From positions 1-64,000 of IMG/VR virus record IMGVR_UViG_3300042398_000319: a stretch of 64,000 nt of DNA, one strand, 5' to 3'. This document shows positions 46,609 through 57,037 of the stretch, piece by piece. This stretch comes from a virus. Under the pieces are notes generated by a model. The model did not search any database. It saw only the letters and a list, made by a program, of their open reading frames with translations, and was not told the origin of the DNA. Within the stretch, counting starts at the first letter, position 1; each line of letters begins with the position of its first letter. The position numbers were made by a program, and so were the translations under genes.

Positions 46609-49600
46609 ATGAACGCCAAGAAAAACATTAAGCTAGATAATATAATTATTGCTTATAACCGTTTCAAGCCAGAAAGTGATGGGACAATTAAAGTTCAGTT
46701 ACTAGATAGAAACACACGACAAATACTTGCACAAATTTATGTCAAGAGAATTTTGTTGTCCAAAACATTTGAAGAACTTCAGGTGTTTATGAGATTTAAA
46801 TTTAAAAAAGACTTTAACTTTATTTTACCTAAAACATGGACATTCTTAGGAAACACAGTATGAAAGTAGTTTATACTCTTGAAGACTTATTTGGCTACCC
46901 AATTGGAGATGTTACAGAGGATCCAGCGACAAATACATTTAGTGTTTATCACTATAACTCTGATAGAAGTTATCAGTCGTTTAAGACCAAAGAAGAAGCT
47001 GAAGTATTTTTAAATAGGATTGAATATGATCTCAGATGAAGAGCATGCAAAAGTAGTTGAGTTAGTTTATGCACATGACTATTACCTGCATATTTTTAAT
47101 GCAGTAAGAAAGTCTTATGCTGATCGTAATATGAAAACTAATACGCCATATTTCTGGCATGACTTTTGGGTTGATTTACCAGATACTCTAGCAATTCGCA
47201 GAGCACCCTTCTTTCAAATTTGTGACCTAGCAGAAAGAATTTATGACACTGAGCGAGATATGTGAAAAACATAAAGATGAAATTCCAGAGTTCTTAGAAC
47301 GTTGGGATATGTCTAGTGCGCTATTCGATGATCTCTATAACTATTACTTTGACGAAATGCCATATGGTATTAAGAAGGCTAGAACTGGAGATCCTGAAGA
47401 GTGGATCTGTGAAAGGTTTAACGATGATGTTTATTGTGAAATGGATTTAAAACTACCATGAGTGATGTGGAAAGATTCTATGAAGCTGCTAGAGCTAAAT
47501 TCCCTGGTTCTCGACCTTGGCATCAATTAGAGCCTATGGAACAAATGCATATTGTGCAAGCAATTAATATTATTCTTGGAGTGATATCACGATGATTGAA
47601 AAATTTACTTATGATGTCTATTACAAGACAAACTATAAGCCGCTGTATTTAGAGGTAGAAGTAGAGTACATGCCTGAAGAAAAGGGTGCTGCCGAATGGA
47701 ATACTGGATTAAAAATAGACCCAGACTATGCAGAAGTTGTTTGTGTACTAAGTGCTACACTTAAAGGAGTTGATATTGTAGACATTCTTGTTGACAATAT
47801 TATTGATGATATTAAAGAGTATTACTTAGCAACACTTGAGGAAAGAAAAAATGACACAGCCTACTTTGACTAGAAAACATTATCAACGCTTAGAAAAGAT
47901 TATTGCAGAACAAATTAGCTTTGCTGAAGAATTTGCTGCCACAATAAAAGGATCTGAATCTTTTTATTATGAAAAAGCAGATAAGGCTGATACTAGTAGT
48001 GATAGCAAGCATGCATTTATAATGTTAAATCATGCAAAGACTAATCGTAGATTTTTTAAGAAAAAGCTTAAGACATTAGTTGAATTACAAACAGTTATTA
48101 AAAGTCAATTAAAATGAAAAACTTTAAACTACTTAATTGTATGAGGGCAGACTGCAGGTTTACTATTACTAACACATCCAGGACTGCAGGTTATAGTGCG
48201 CCTGTTTATGATAAAGAGGGAAAGAATATTGCAGTAGATTTAAGCATAACCACTGGTAATCTAAATTGTTCTGCTTGCAATCGAAAATGGTCTTTTAAAG
48301 ATACCTATGATGATACTATTTATGAGGAAATAAAATGAGTGGTTGGTTAATTGCACTTACAGGCGCTATCTACACCTATGTAGCTGCTGAACAGTTTTAC
48401 CTAGGTAACATGGGTATGACGATTGCATACACGGGTTATGCATTTGCTAATATTGGCCTATGGATGTTAGCATCATGAAATGGCTATGTAGGACTAAGGA
48501 TAACCCTGACAAAAAGTTTAAGACCCGTAAAGAGGCTATTGAATGGGCTAAACTAAATGCTAATGGTATTTACATTATATGGAAACTAAAAAATGAACGA
48601 GAGAAAGCTACTAGCTAATGTAATGCGTACACCTGACGGTACTGTACTTCAGTCATGTCATATTCACGACTATGTAGAGCATATGGATGCAAATGGTCGA
48701 TTGTATATGATTGATGGTGGTGTACAATACATTAGGCGTACTTGGTATGAAGACGACAACGGTGAAGACCTTTCAGTTTTTACTGATGATCCTCACTCTA
48801 AGATCCGTGATTGGTTCCGTTGGGGTACATATGGTAAAGAAGGTAAAGGGCCCCTTACATGGAAAAAGCTTAAGTTCTTGTCTACGGATCATATTCAAAA
48901 GATTCTTGATGAAGGTTATGCTCGTGCACACTTGACAAAAGTGTTTCAGGATGAATTAGCATTCCGTAAGGGAAAACCATTAGCTATCTTGGTTAATGGG
49001 ATTGGAGGTGAGTTCTACAAGGCTTCTCATGATAGTTTTAATTATCATCTAAGAGGCATTTGTGCTAGCCATGAAGGTAGGCCTGATCTAGTAAACCAAT
49101 GGATCTTATCAAGCGCTATTGTTGAACAGTTATCTGATAATACTTATGAGACACTTAATACAATATACAATGTTATTTCGTTAGAAGAGGCAGAAGTTGA
49201 GTCGTTACAATTTAGACTTATCAACTAATAGATTTACTATTCAGATTGATACAAATGGTAAGTATGGCTGGTTTGAAGACAAGATCTATGGAGATGAAAA
49301 CGGAGGTGGTCTTTGGTTTGATGAAAACATGAAACTAAAAGACTATGACGGTGTTTATTTCTTGCCTGATCATGTAAGAAACCAACTTATGAAAAACAAT
49401 TTTATCACCCAGGAGTTTTATGAAAATTCATCCGCATCATGACTTAATTATTGCTTATCTTGAAGATAAAGTAATTCAATATAAGAGTTTTACTGAGTGG
49501 GTTGATATTCCTACATTGACTGCATTTGGAGGTGCATTGCCTCCTTTTCATCATAACACGGAATATCGATTGAAGCCAGTAGTTAAGCCTAATTTTAAAT

Positions 49601-51873
49601 TTAAACTAAAAGCGAGGATGGTTGGCAAAGACATTGCTCTTCGTATTTCAGAGCATTGGGAGAATGACAATGTTGAATTTGAGTTTGATGGTAACACACA
49701 AGAATTAGTTTCAGTAACTTTAATTAAATAAGGAATTTAAATGCGTTTAGTTAAGCAATTCACACGTTTCGTTTCTGGTAGCCGTAAAAGCTTTCAAATT
49801 TATGCTGGTTGTGTTGCTACTTCTATTGAAGAGTTTTACACCACCAATGATAAGCATATGATGAAAGTTATTGTAAATGGAAAGAGTGTAGTAGGCCAGT
49901 ACAATGAACAAATTTTTAATATCATTGAAGATAACTTAGATACACCTGCTCCATTTGTATTTTATAACCTAACAAATAAAATCACTATGATTGCATGTAT
50001 TCCCGATATGTGGGAAGACCTAGACTTAGTAAAGACAGTATGAAAGTTTTAATTGGTGAATACCGTTACGATGACCAAGATCGAGAGATTGATGTCACAA
50101 TTGATAACTATGACATTTGGAGTCTAGACCACACACTAGCGCATATTATTCACCCTGCATTAGTTAAGTTTAGACAGAAGCTAAGCGGAGCCCCTAAGGT
50201 AGATGACGAAGATGTGCCTGATGAACTTAAAAGCACTAGCGCACCTCCTACTGAGCATTCTTGGCAAAGTGATGCAAACTACTTTAAGAGATGGGATTGG
50301 GTGCTTGATCAAATGATCTGGTCTTTTGCTCAAAAGCTAGATGATAATCATGATGCTCAATTTTACTCAGGTTCAACTGATTTTCAGTTTATTAAATCTA
50401 GAGACTATCCTTTTCATGTAGAAGCAGTAACGGGCATAGATGATACTTTCAAGATTGATATGGAAGGTCTAGAAAAACACGAGGCTCGAATTCAAAACGG
50501 ATTTAGGCTATTTGGAAAATACTATGAAGGACTATGGGACTAATATGAGTAAAGGATCTACGCCAAGGCCATTTAGCGTGGCTCAAGAGCAGTACAATGA
50601 AAGATGGGATTTGATCTTTGGTCGTGATAAAGGTCAAAAAGAACGTGATAAAGAGTTTGATAAAGCCCAGGATGCCTTAGATGAGAAGGCTGAGAATGCT
50701 AGGCAATTAGGTTTAGACTATGACACTTGAGTTTGTACCTACTAACCAAACTTGGGTTGTTCAATGTCCTAAGCATGGTGAACATTCACATGTTATTAGG
50801 AGCACTATTAAAGGTCATGAAGGACTATGGTGTCAAATTTGTTGGACTGAAAGCCTAGGTGAACCATTGCCTGGGGAATTTAAGAGGATAACTGTAGAAT
50901 GATACACACAGATGAAGATGATGAGTTTGATCGTGTTAAAAGGGAGAACGCTATGCGTGAAGTTCAGAGGTTAGGTCAAGAAATAGAAGCTACAGGTCAA
51001 CCCTATCACTTTGAGTCTAGAGCAGAGTGGAAGAGTTTAACTGAAAAAGAAGTTGTGAATAACTTTGGTAGGTACTATGATGGAGACACTTGGTTCATTG
51101 CTAGAGACCTTGAGGCTTACATTAGGCAGAAGAATTCATGAGGGCAATAGACGACCAAGAGACAATTGAAGTACTAGACTTTATTAAGCTAGCTATTTTA
51201 AATGAACGTGAGAAATGTGCAGGTCTCCGTAAAGAAGTAGAGTTAGTCGGTAAACACTCTAGAGACTACGAGGATGGCTTCTGGGACGGTATAGCTAAGT
51301 ATGAAGACTTAATCAGATCAAGGAAAAAACCATGAAAGTTAAAGAACTTATTGCAGAATTAAGTAAGTTAGATCCTGAGTTAATGATTGTCAAATCAGGA
51401 TACGAAGGTGGCATGGCTGAAGTGACAGGCTCAGGGTTGTGCCGTGTTAGGTTAAATGTGAATAAAGAGTGGTATTATGGACCTCATGAGTTATTGTGTG
51501 ATACCTTGGGTCCTGATGAGGCATTAACCGAAGAAGGTACTAGAGTAGTATTTATTAGTTAAAGGAACAAATGTTAAATTTTAAATCAGTTGTGTTAGTT
51601 GGAATGTTGAGTATTTCTACAGTCTATGCAGCTGAAGAGTATTCTAAAAGAATCCTTAATGTTTACTGTAATGATGTTAATCAAGTAGTTGATAAACTAG
51701 GTGGCGCAGGAAACATAGATACAGTATGGTTAGATCGAGATGAGAATGTATGGTTTAGTTTTAAAGGAGAAACCAATAAAGTAGCTATAAGTGTTATACC
51801 AAAGAATAACCGTAAAGAAATGTGTATTGTAAGCTATGGTATAGAGATAAAAGGTAAAAAACCTCATATCTGA
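46609..51873 (+). other. cluster of about 20 small, tightly packed hypothetical CDSs
   Basis: Overlapping 60-211 aa + strand ORFs (e.g. 47592..47873, 48593..49228, 49420..49731, 49995..50543, 51571..51873); no function recognised. Confidence 0.7.
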
Positions 51874-51874
51874 C

Positions 51875-51892
51875 ACCAGGGGACGCTAAAGA
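51875..51892 (+). promoter_or_regulatory. putative phage RNAP promoter, copy 3
   Basis: Exact ACCAGGGGACGCTAAAGA upstream of the cell wall hydrolase gene. Confidence 0.75.
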
Positions 51893-51908
51893 ATAACAAG
51901 GTATTCAT

Positions 51909-52370
51909 ATGACAGCTAAAAAGATAGTTTTCTCTATTTTAGCATTATTCTTAGTGTTTTTTGTATTTAATACAGAAGACATAATTGATAACAGAGTAGA
52001 GATAGATAACGATGAAGTAGAGTGTTTGGCTAGAAACATTTACTTTGAAGCTAGAAACCAACCGATAGAGGGCCAAGAAGCTGTAGCTCATGTAACTTTA
52101 AACCGACTTAAGTCAGGTAAACATGGGGACAGTATTTGTCAGGTAGTATATCAACCTTATGCTTTCTCTTGGACTCTTAAGTCTAAGGCTGTAATGAAAG
52201 AGATTAAAGCAGAGGCACTAGCCAGAGATGTAGCATTTAAGACATTATTAGGTCATACAAAGGACCCTACTAACGGTGCTACCCACTATCATGCTACCTA
52301 TGTTACTCCTCACTGGAGTAAGAAATTAGAGAAGAAGGTTAAAATCTCTTCTCATATATTTTATGAATAA
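51909..52370 (+). CDS. SleB-like cell wall hydrolase (Hydrolase_2)
   Basis: CLARNIYFEAR, AVAHVTLNR, ICQVVYQ..FSW, GATHYHA and HIFY motifs; N-terminal TM segment. Confidence 0.9.
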   Translation: MTAKKIVFSILALFLVFFVFNTEDIIDNRVEIDNDEVECLARNIYFEARNQPIEGQEAVAHVTLNRLKSGKHGDSICQVVYQPYAFSWTLKSKAVMKEIKAEALARDVAFKTLLGHTKDPTNGATHYHATYVTPHWSKKLEKKVKISSHIFYE

Positions 52371-52398
52371 AGGTTTGTAGAGACCTTAAAACTCTACA
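52370..52398 (+). ncRNA. predicted H-type pseudoknot
   Basis: S1 AAGGU/ACCUU, L1 U, S2 UGUAGAG/CUCUACA, L3 AAAA; begins at the stop codon. Confidence 0.65.
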
Positions 52399-52402
52399 GG
52401 CT

Positions 52403-52488
52403 CCCCTCCAGGGTACTCTTTAACTGATCTCTTCGGGGGTTGGTTAGAGGGTACTCTGGAGGGGTCATCCTTCTTTTTTTTTTTTTTT
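52403..52488 (+). terminator. 29-bp RNA hairpin with UUCG loop followed by T15
   Basis: Arms 52403-52431 and 52436-52464 pair completely (7 G-U pairs); T run at 52474-52488. Confidence 0.75.
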
Positions 52489-52496
52489 GAAAAAAT

Positions 52497-52514
52497 ACCA
52501 GGGGACGCTAAAGA
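52497..52514 (+). promoter_or_regulatory. putative phage RNAP promoter, copy 4 (late module)
   Basis: Exact ACCAGGGGACGCTAAAGA, continuing GAGA as in copy 1; upstream of the packaging genes. Confidence 0.75.
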
Positions 52515-52769
52515 GAGAATCCTATCCAAAAGGGGGATTTAGGGGGTTAATATTAAAAGAGTAACTTAATAGCGGTAGCATTAAGGTACATTAATTATTG
52601 TTGTTGTTAATTAAAAATAATATTATAAAATATTTTTAAAGGAGTACTTTAAAGAGTACTTTAAAATATTATTTTAAATATCATTCTGTAACACTTGTGT
52701 AGAGACACTATCCATTTCGGATAGAAGGTGTCTCCCGGTGTCTATGGATTTATACTAAAGGAATTTAAA

Positions 52770-53057
52770 ATGGAATCAATCGTACAAGTAGCTATTGTTG
52801 TGTTAAGCACAGGTGCCTTCTGGACCTATCTACATAACAAAGATAAACAGCGCCAAGAGGCCCATGATAAGCTTACTGAATTGCTTATGTCTGAAGTTAA
52901 GAAGCTTGAAGGCAAAGTTGATAAGCTTTTAAGGGACAAAGAAGAGTTGCTCACTATGATCTCTGATTTAAAGATTCAACTTCATAGCAATAACATTGTT
53001 CCTGTTGTTAAAGCCCCTGCTAAAACAGCTAAGAGAAACACTAAGGCTATCGTTTAA
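52770..53057 (+). CDS. membrane-anchored coiled-coil protein
   Basis: N-terminal hydrophobic helix then heptads; AAGGAA RBS before ATG 52770. Confidence 0.6.
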   Translation: MESIVQVAIVVLSTGAFWTYLHNKDKQRQEAHDKLTELLMSEVKKLEGKVDKLLRDKEELLTMISDLKIQLHSNNIVPVVKAPAKTAKRNTKAIV

Positions 53058-53069
53058 GAAAGTAATATT

Positions 53070-53468
53070 ATGACTACCTCAACAAACAAAGAGGTCAAAG
53101 ATACCTCAACTGGGGTAGTTCAAGACCCAAATGTGTCAGAGAGAACCCGTGGTGGACTTAGACCTGGACAGGGTCGCCCAAAGGGAACTACCACAATCTA
53201 TTCAAAAGAATCAGTTAAGAAGCTTCAAACACTAGGATTTGACCCCATTGAGAAACTTGTGGATCACTACTACAAGGTGCAGGATAAGATTAATGCTATG
53301 GAGAGTGGCCAAACAAGGTACTCTGCAGTGGCCTTAGCGAACCTCTTGAACATCCAGACAAGTGTGATGAATACGCTCATGCGATATGGTTACAGACAGG
53401 TGCCTGAGAAGAGTGAACAAGTAATTGAAGATAAAAAGCCGCTTAAGATTGTCTTCACAAATGAATAA
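53070..53468 (+). CDS. putative terminase small subunit
   Basis: RGGLRPGQGRPKG motif, FDPIEKL; upstream of TerL. Confidence 0.65.
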   Translation: MTTSTNKEVKDTSTGVVQDPNVSERTRGGLRPGQGRPKGTTTIYSKESVKKLQTLGFDPIEKLVDHYYKVQDKINAMESGQTRYSAVALANLLNIQTSVMNTLMRYGYRQVPEKSEQVIEDKKPLKIVFTNE

Positions 53469-53535
53469 TTAAGTATACACTGAAATAAAATAAATAAAAT
53501 TATTACAGTTACGTATACAATAAAAAGGAATACAT

Positions 53536-53742
53536 ATGAGAGTACAATCAGCAGCAGAATACAGCATTGAATACTACACAGATGCTATAATAAAGCTCAA
53601 GGAAGCCTCCAATAAGATCTTTCAAGAAGGCATTCAAGCACGATACGAGTTAGCTCAGTTCAATAAGAAACTTGAAGAGCTTAGACAATGTAATAAGAAG
53701 AAGGACATCGTAACCAAAGATAAGGTTGATGTGATCGTTTAA
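53536..53742 (+). CDS. hypothetical protein
   Basis: 68 aa with AAGGAA RBS. Confidence 0.6.
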   Translation: MRVQSAAEYSIEYYTDAIIKLKEASNKIFQEGIQARYELAQFNKKLEELRQCNKKKDIVTKDKVDVIV

Positions 53743-55068
53743 ATGTCAAATGAAATTAAATTACACAGAGGTCAGTCTGAAGTATTAAAGTATTTGTTCT
53801 CAGAGAAGGGTGGCACTAGATATGCTGCTACAGTAGCTTCACGAGGTTTTGGTAAGAGTTACCTTGCTAGTGTTGCCGCTACAATGGCTGTTCATGAGTT
53901 GCTAGAGATGCCTGAAGATGTTCCTAATAAGAATGTCTCGATTATCTGTCCAACATACCAACAGTCTTTAGATATTTATTGGCCTCTATTAGCCTACAAC
54001 CTAGGCTTAGAGGATTATGCTGAGAAGTCATCTCAGACAGCTGGAACATTCTGGTTTCAGAACAATGTAAAGCTTAAGCTATGGTCCTATGAAGCATCTG
54101 AGAGGATGCGGGGATCAGGTCAGTACTTTGTTGTTGGAGATGAGGTCTCTGACTGGACTGGTCAGCCAGGACTTAAAGAGTCTTGGGAATCTATCATTCA
54201 ACCCGCTATGACTACACGTTGGGCAGGTAACCATAAGGCCCTTATTATCGGTACACCTAAGGGTATGAATTACTTCTACGACATGACTAATTTTGAGTCT
54301 ATGGACAACCGTTGGAAGACCTTTAGATATACCTATAGGGACTCTCCATATCTATCTGTGGAAGAGATCGAGAGGACTAAGCGTCTGATTGACCCTATGA
54401 AGTTTGCTCGAGAGTATGAGTGTTCCTTTGAGGACTCTGGTGCTAAGGTATTCTACATGTTTGATCGTAAGACTCATGTGACTGCTGATCTACCTTACTT
54501 CAATGTAGAGACAACAAACAAAGAAGATGTCCATGTGGCTATTGACTTTAACATCGGCATTATGGCTGCTGTAGTCTTTGCTGTTAGAGCTGGACAGATT
54601 CATATCTTAGAGGACATGCAAAATGTTCTCGATACAGAACAATTAGCTAAGAAGCTTAAAGGTCAATTCAAAGATAAAGGTCATAGGGTATTTGCTTATC
54701 CAGACCCTGCGGGAAGAGCTAGGAAGACTAGTGCTGTTGCTGGGGCTACTGACTTCTCTATCTTAGAGTCTCATGGCATTATCTGTAGAGCACATAAGGC
54801 TGCTCCCCCTATTGTTGACTCTGTAGCTGCTGTTAATCGTAAGTTTAAAAATGCTCATGGAGACATAGACATGTATGTACACCCTAGGGCAGAGCATACT
54901 ATTCGTTCACTAGAGAGAACTGTATGGGTTGAGAACAATCCAAATACAGCACAGATATCTAAGGCAGAGAACGTAGAACACTGGACAGATGCTCTTCGTT
55001 ATGCTGTTGAATACTTATTTCCTGTTCGTTCAGGTACTAAGACAGTTACTAAAGGCTTTATGTTCTAA
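53743..55068 (+). CDS. terL: terminase large subunit
   Basis: Walker A SRGFGKS, Walker B VVGDE, IGTPKG, nuclease IDFN and HWTDALRY. Confidence 0.93.
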   Translation: MSNEIKLHRGQSEVLKYLFSEKGGTRYAATVASRGFGKSYLASVAATMAVHELLEMPEDVPNKNVSIICPTYQQSLDIYWPLLAYNLGLEDYAEKSSQTAGTFWFQNNVKLKLWSYEASERMRGSGQYFVVGDEVSDWTGQPGLKESWESIIQPAMTTRWAGNHKALIIGTPKGMNYFYDMTNFESMDNRWKTFRYTYRDSPYLSVEEIERTKRLIDPMKFAREYECSFEDSGAKVFYMFDRKTHVTADLPYFNVETTNKEDVHVAIDFNIGIMAAVVFAVRAGQIHILEDMQNVLDTEQLAKKLKGQFKDKGHRVFAYPDPAGRARKTSAVAGATDFSILESHGIICRAHKAAPPIVDSVAAVNRKFKNAHGDIDMYVHPRAEHTIRSLERTVWVENNPNTAQISKAENVEHWTDALRYAVEYLFPVRSGTKTVTKGFMF

Positions 55069-55142
55069 ACCAAAGGATTATAAATGAAAACCAAAAAGAA
55101 ACCTCATAAAGAGAGTTATCCCAAGCGTAAAGGTAAGTAATC

Positions 55143-55433
55143 ATGGCTATTGAATATCGTGGTGAAACCTTTGAAGGTTACAATAAACCAAAGAAAACCC
55201 CAGGTAATTCAACTAACTCACATGCAGTGTTAGCCAAGGAAGGTAGCACTATTAAGCTTATTCGCTTTGGTGCTCAGGGTGTTACTGGATCTCCTCCTAA
55301 AGATGGAGAGTCAGACTCCTATCAAGCACGTAGAGAAGCCTTCTATGCTCGTCATAAGGCTGATATCCAGAAGGGTAGAATGAGTGCTGCTTACTGGGCA
55401 TGGGTAGTTAAGTGGACAAACAAATTTAAATAA
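55143..55433 (+). CDS. conserved hypothetical phage protein
   Basis: YNKPK...KLIRFGAQG...FYARH...SAAYWA. Confidence 0.7.
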   Translation: MAIEYRGETFEGYNKPKKTPGNSTNSHAVLAKEGSTIKLIRFGAQGVTGSPPKDGESDSYQARREAFYARHKADIQKGRMSAAYWAWVVKWTNKFK

Positions 55434-55490
55434 CAATCTGATAGTCAAGTGATTAAGTTCATGAGATATTCAGCAAGAACCCACCTTAGG

Positions 55491-55517
55491 GCTGTTGTCG
55501 CTACAGTAAAAGGCGTC
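55491..55517 (+). ncRNA. predicted H-type pseudoknot just 5' of the tRNA-like element
   Basis: S1 GCUGU/ACAGU, L1 U, S2 GUCGCU/GGCGUC (one U-U mismatch), L3 AAAA. Confidence 0.45.
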
Positions 55518-55522
55518 ACTAG

Positions 55523-55591
55523 AGTGGTATAGTTCAATAGGTAGAATCAGACGTTATCTCTGGAATGTGAGTTCGAGTCCCACTACCGCTC
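55523..55591 (+). ncRNA. tRNA-like element / pseudo-tRNA
   Basis: Acceptor AGTGGTA/TACCGCT, D arm GTTC-AATAGGTA-GAAT, T arm GTGAG-TTCGAGT-CCCAC; short anticodon arm with non-canonical loop CGTTATC; no encoded CCA. Confidence 0.65.
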
Positions 55592-55624
55592 TTCTTATAA
55601 CTGGCGTTAGCCAAAAGGATTACA

Positions 55625-56014
55625 ATGTTTTTAATTAACTATATACCAATGTGGTTAGTATTTATTGTCTTTATGGTAGGCTTGCTAGGCTTTGTAATTA
55701 AAGAGTTCGACCGTTATAGGCCTATTGCTGTAGGCTTAATCTTTGCTGCATTGTTTATTGCAGGATATAAGTCTTGTAATAATGTCTGGGAAGCTAGGGT
55801 TAAATCACTAGAAGAACAAATAGCAGCATTAGAGGCTAAGAAGTCTGAGGTTAATACACAAATAGTAACCAAAATAGTAACTAAAGAGAAGATCGTTAAA
55901 GAGGCTGCTGATGTGCAGATCCAATACATTGACCGTGAGATTGTTAAATACAATGATCAATGCAAGATCCCTCCAGAGGTCATTACAATACACAATAAGG
56001 CGGCTACACAATGA
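55625..56014 (+). CDS. Rz-like inner-membrane spanin
   Basis: N-terminal TM segments plus coiled coil; overlaps a downstream lipoprotein gene. Confidence 0.7.
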   Translation: MFLINYIPMWLVFIVFMVGLLGFVIKEFDRYRPIAVGLIFAALFIAGYKSCNNVWEARVKSLEEQIAALEAKKSEVNTQIVTKIVTKEKIVKEAADVQIQYIDREIVKYNDQCKIPPEVITIHNKAATQ

Positions 56015-56274
56015 AGAAGCTTATACTATTGTTTACTTTAGCATTATCAGGATGCTCTACAGTAGTTCCTGTAGTGGCCAAATTCCCAGAGGCACCTAAA
56101 GAGTTACTTACTCTATGCCCTAAACTAAAGGTAGCAGACGAAAAGCCTGAGCTATCAGAACTCACAAAGACTATTGTGACTAACTATTCCGAATATCACT
56201 TATGTGCTAACCGTGTTGAAGGTTGGAGTGAGTGGTATACACAACAAAAGAAACTGTTTGAGGCGCTTAAATGA
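56011..56274 (+). CDS. Rz1-like outer-membrane lipoprotein spanin
   Basis: Lipobox LSGC; Pro-rich. Confidence 0.75.
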   Translation: MKKLILLFTLALSGCSTVVPVVAKFPEAPKELLTLCPKLKVADEKPELSELTKTIVTNYSEYHLCANRVEGWSEWYTQQKKLFEALK

Positions 56275-56885
56275 TACTAACACTAGATCAGCTTAGACAA
56301 CTTATTCCACGTAATAAGCATGTCACATATTGGCATCATGCCTTAGAACAACTCCTACCCGACTATGGTATTGATACCGAGAAGCGTATTGCAGCATTCG
56401 TAGCTCAATGTGCTCATGAGTCAGGCGAGTTTACAATGATTAAAGAAAATCTCAACTATCGTTGGGAGACACTCCGAAGAATCTTCCCTAAGTACTTCCC
56501 TAATGATGAACTAGCAAAGCAGTTTGCAGGTAAGCCTGAAGCTATCGCTAATAAGGTTTACGCTAATCGTATGGGTAATGGAGATGAAGCTTCAGGAGAT
56601 GGATATAGGTACTCTGGTAGAGGCCTAATACAGTTAACAGGTAAAGATAATTATTTTTGGTTTGCTGAGTCTATTGGTATTTCCGCAGAGGAAGCTAGTG
56701 AGTACATGAGTACCTTTGAGGGTGCTGCACAGAGTGCTTGCTGGTTCTGGGAAACTAATAACTTAAATAAATGGGCAGATCAAGGCGATATAGAGACATT
56801 AACAAGAAAAATTAACGGAGGTACCATTGGTATCGAGGACCGTAAAAAGCACTATGCACATGCACTCCATGTACTAGGTGTGTAA
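56271..56885 (+). CDS. endolysin, glycoside hydrolase family 19
   Basis: FVAQCAHES, ENLNY, GRGLIQLTG..NY, ACWFW and INGG motifs. Confidence 0.9.
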   Translation: MILTLDQLRQLIPRNKHVTYWHHALEQLLPDYGIDTEKRIAAFVAQCAHESGEFTMIKENLNYRWETLRRIFPKYFPNDELAKQFAGKPEAIANKVYANRMGNGDEASGDGYRYSGRGLIQLTGKDNYFWFAESIGISAEEASEYMSTFEGAAQSACWFWETNNLNKWADQGDIETLTRKINGGTIGIEDRKKHYAHALHVLGV

Positions 56886-57037
56886 ATGTCTACTACTCTT
56901 CTTACCTTAGTGTTAGCTGGTTATGACCCTAAAGCCCCCGTCTGTGAGAGATGGACATGGCAGGGACCCGTTTATAACCGTAAGGTCAGTTGTTTAAAGT
57001 GGAAGAACAATGACAAAACGGATAAAGGGAAAAGAAA

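Noticed and set aside
51512-51540. Second hammerhead candidate (CTGATGAGG...CCGAAG)
   Set aside because: Only a 2-bp stem II, no GAAA and no stems I/III; it lies in coding sequence. Other CTGATGA hits I noticed also lack the fold.
55554-55556. Functional ochre suppressor tRNA or alternative genetic code
   Set aside because: The loop is non-canonical, and conserved genes are full length in the standard code, mostly ending in TAA.
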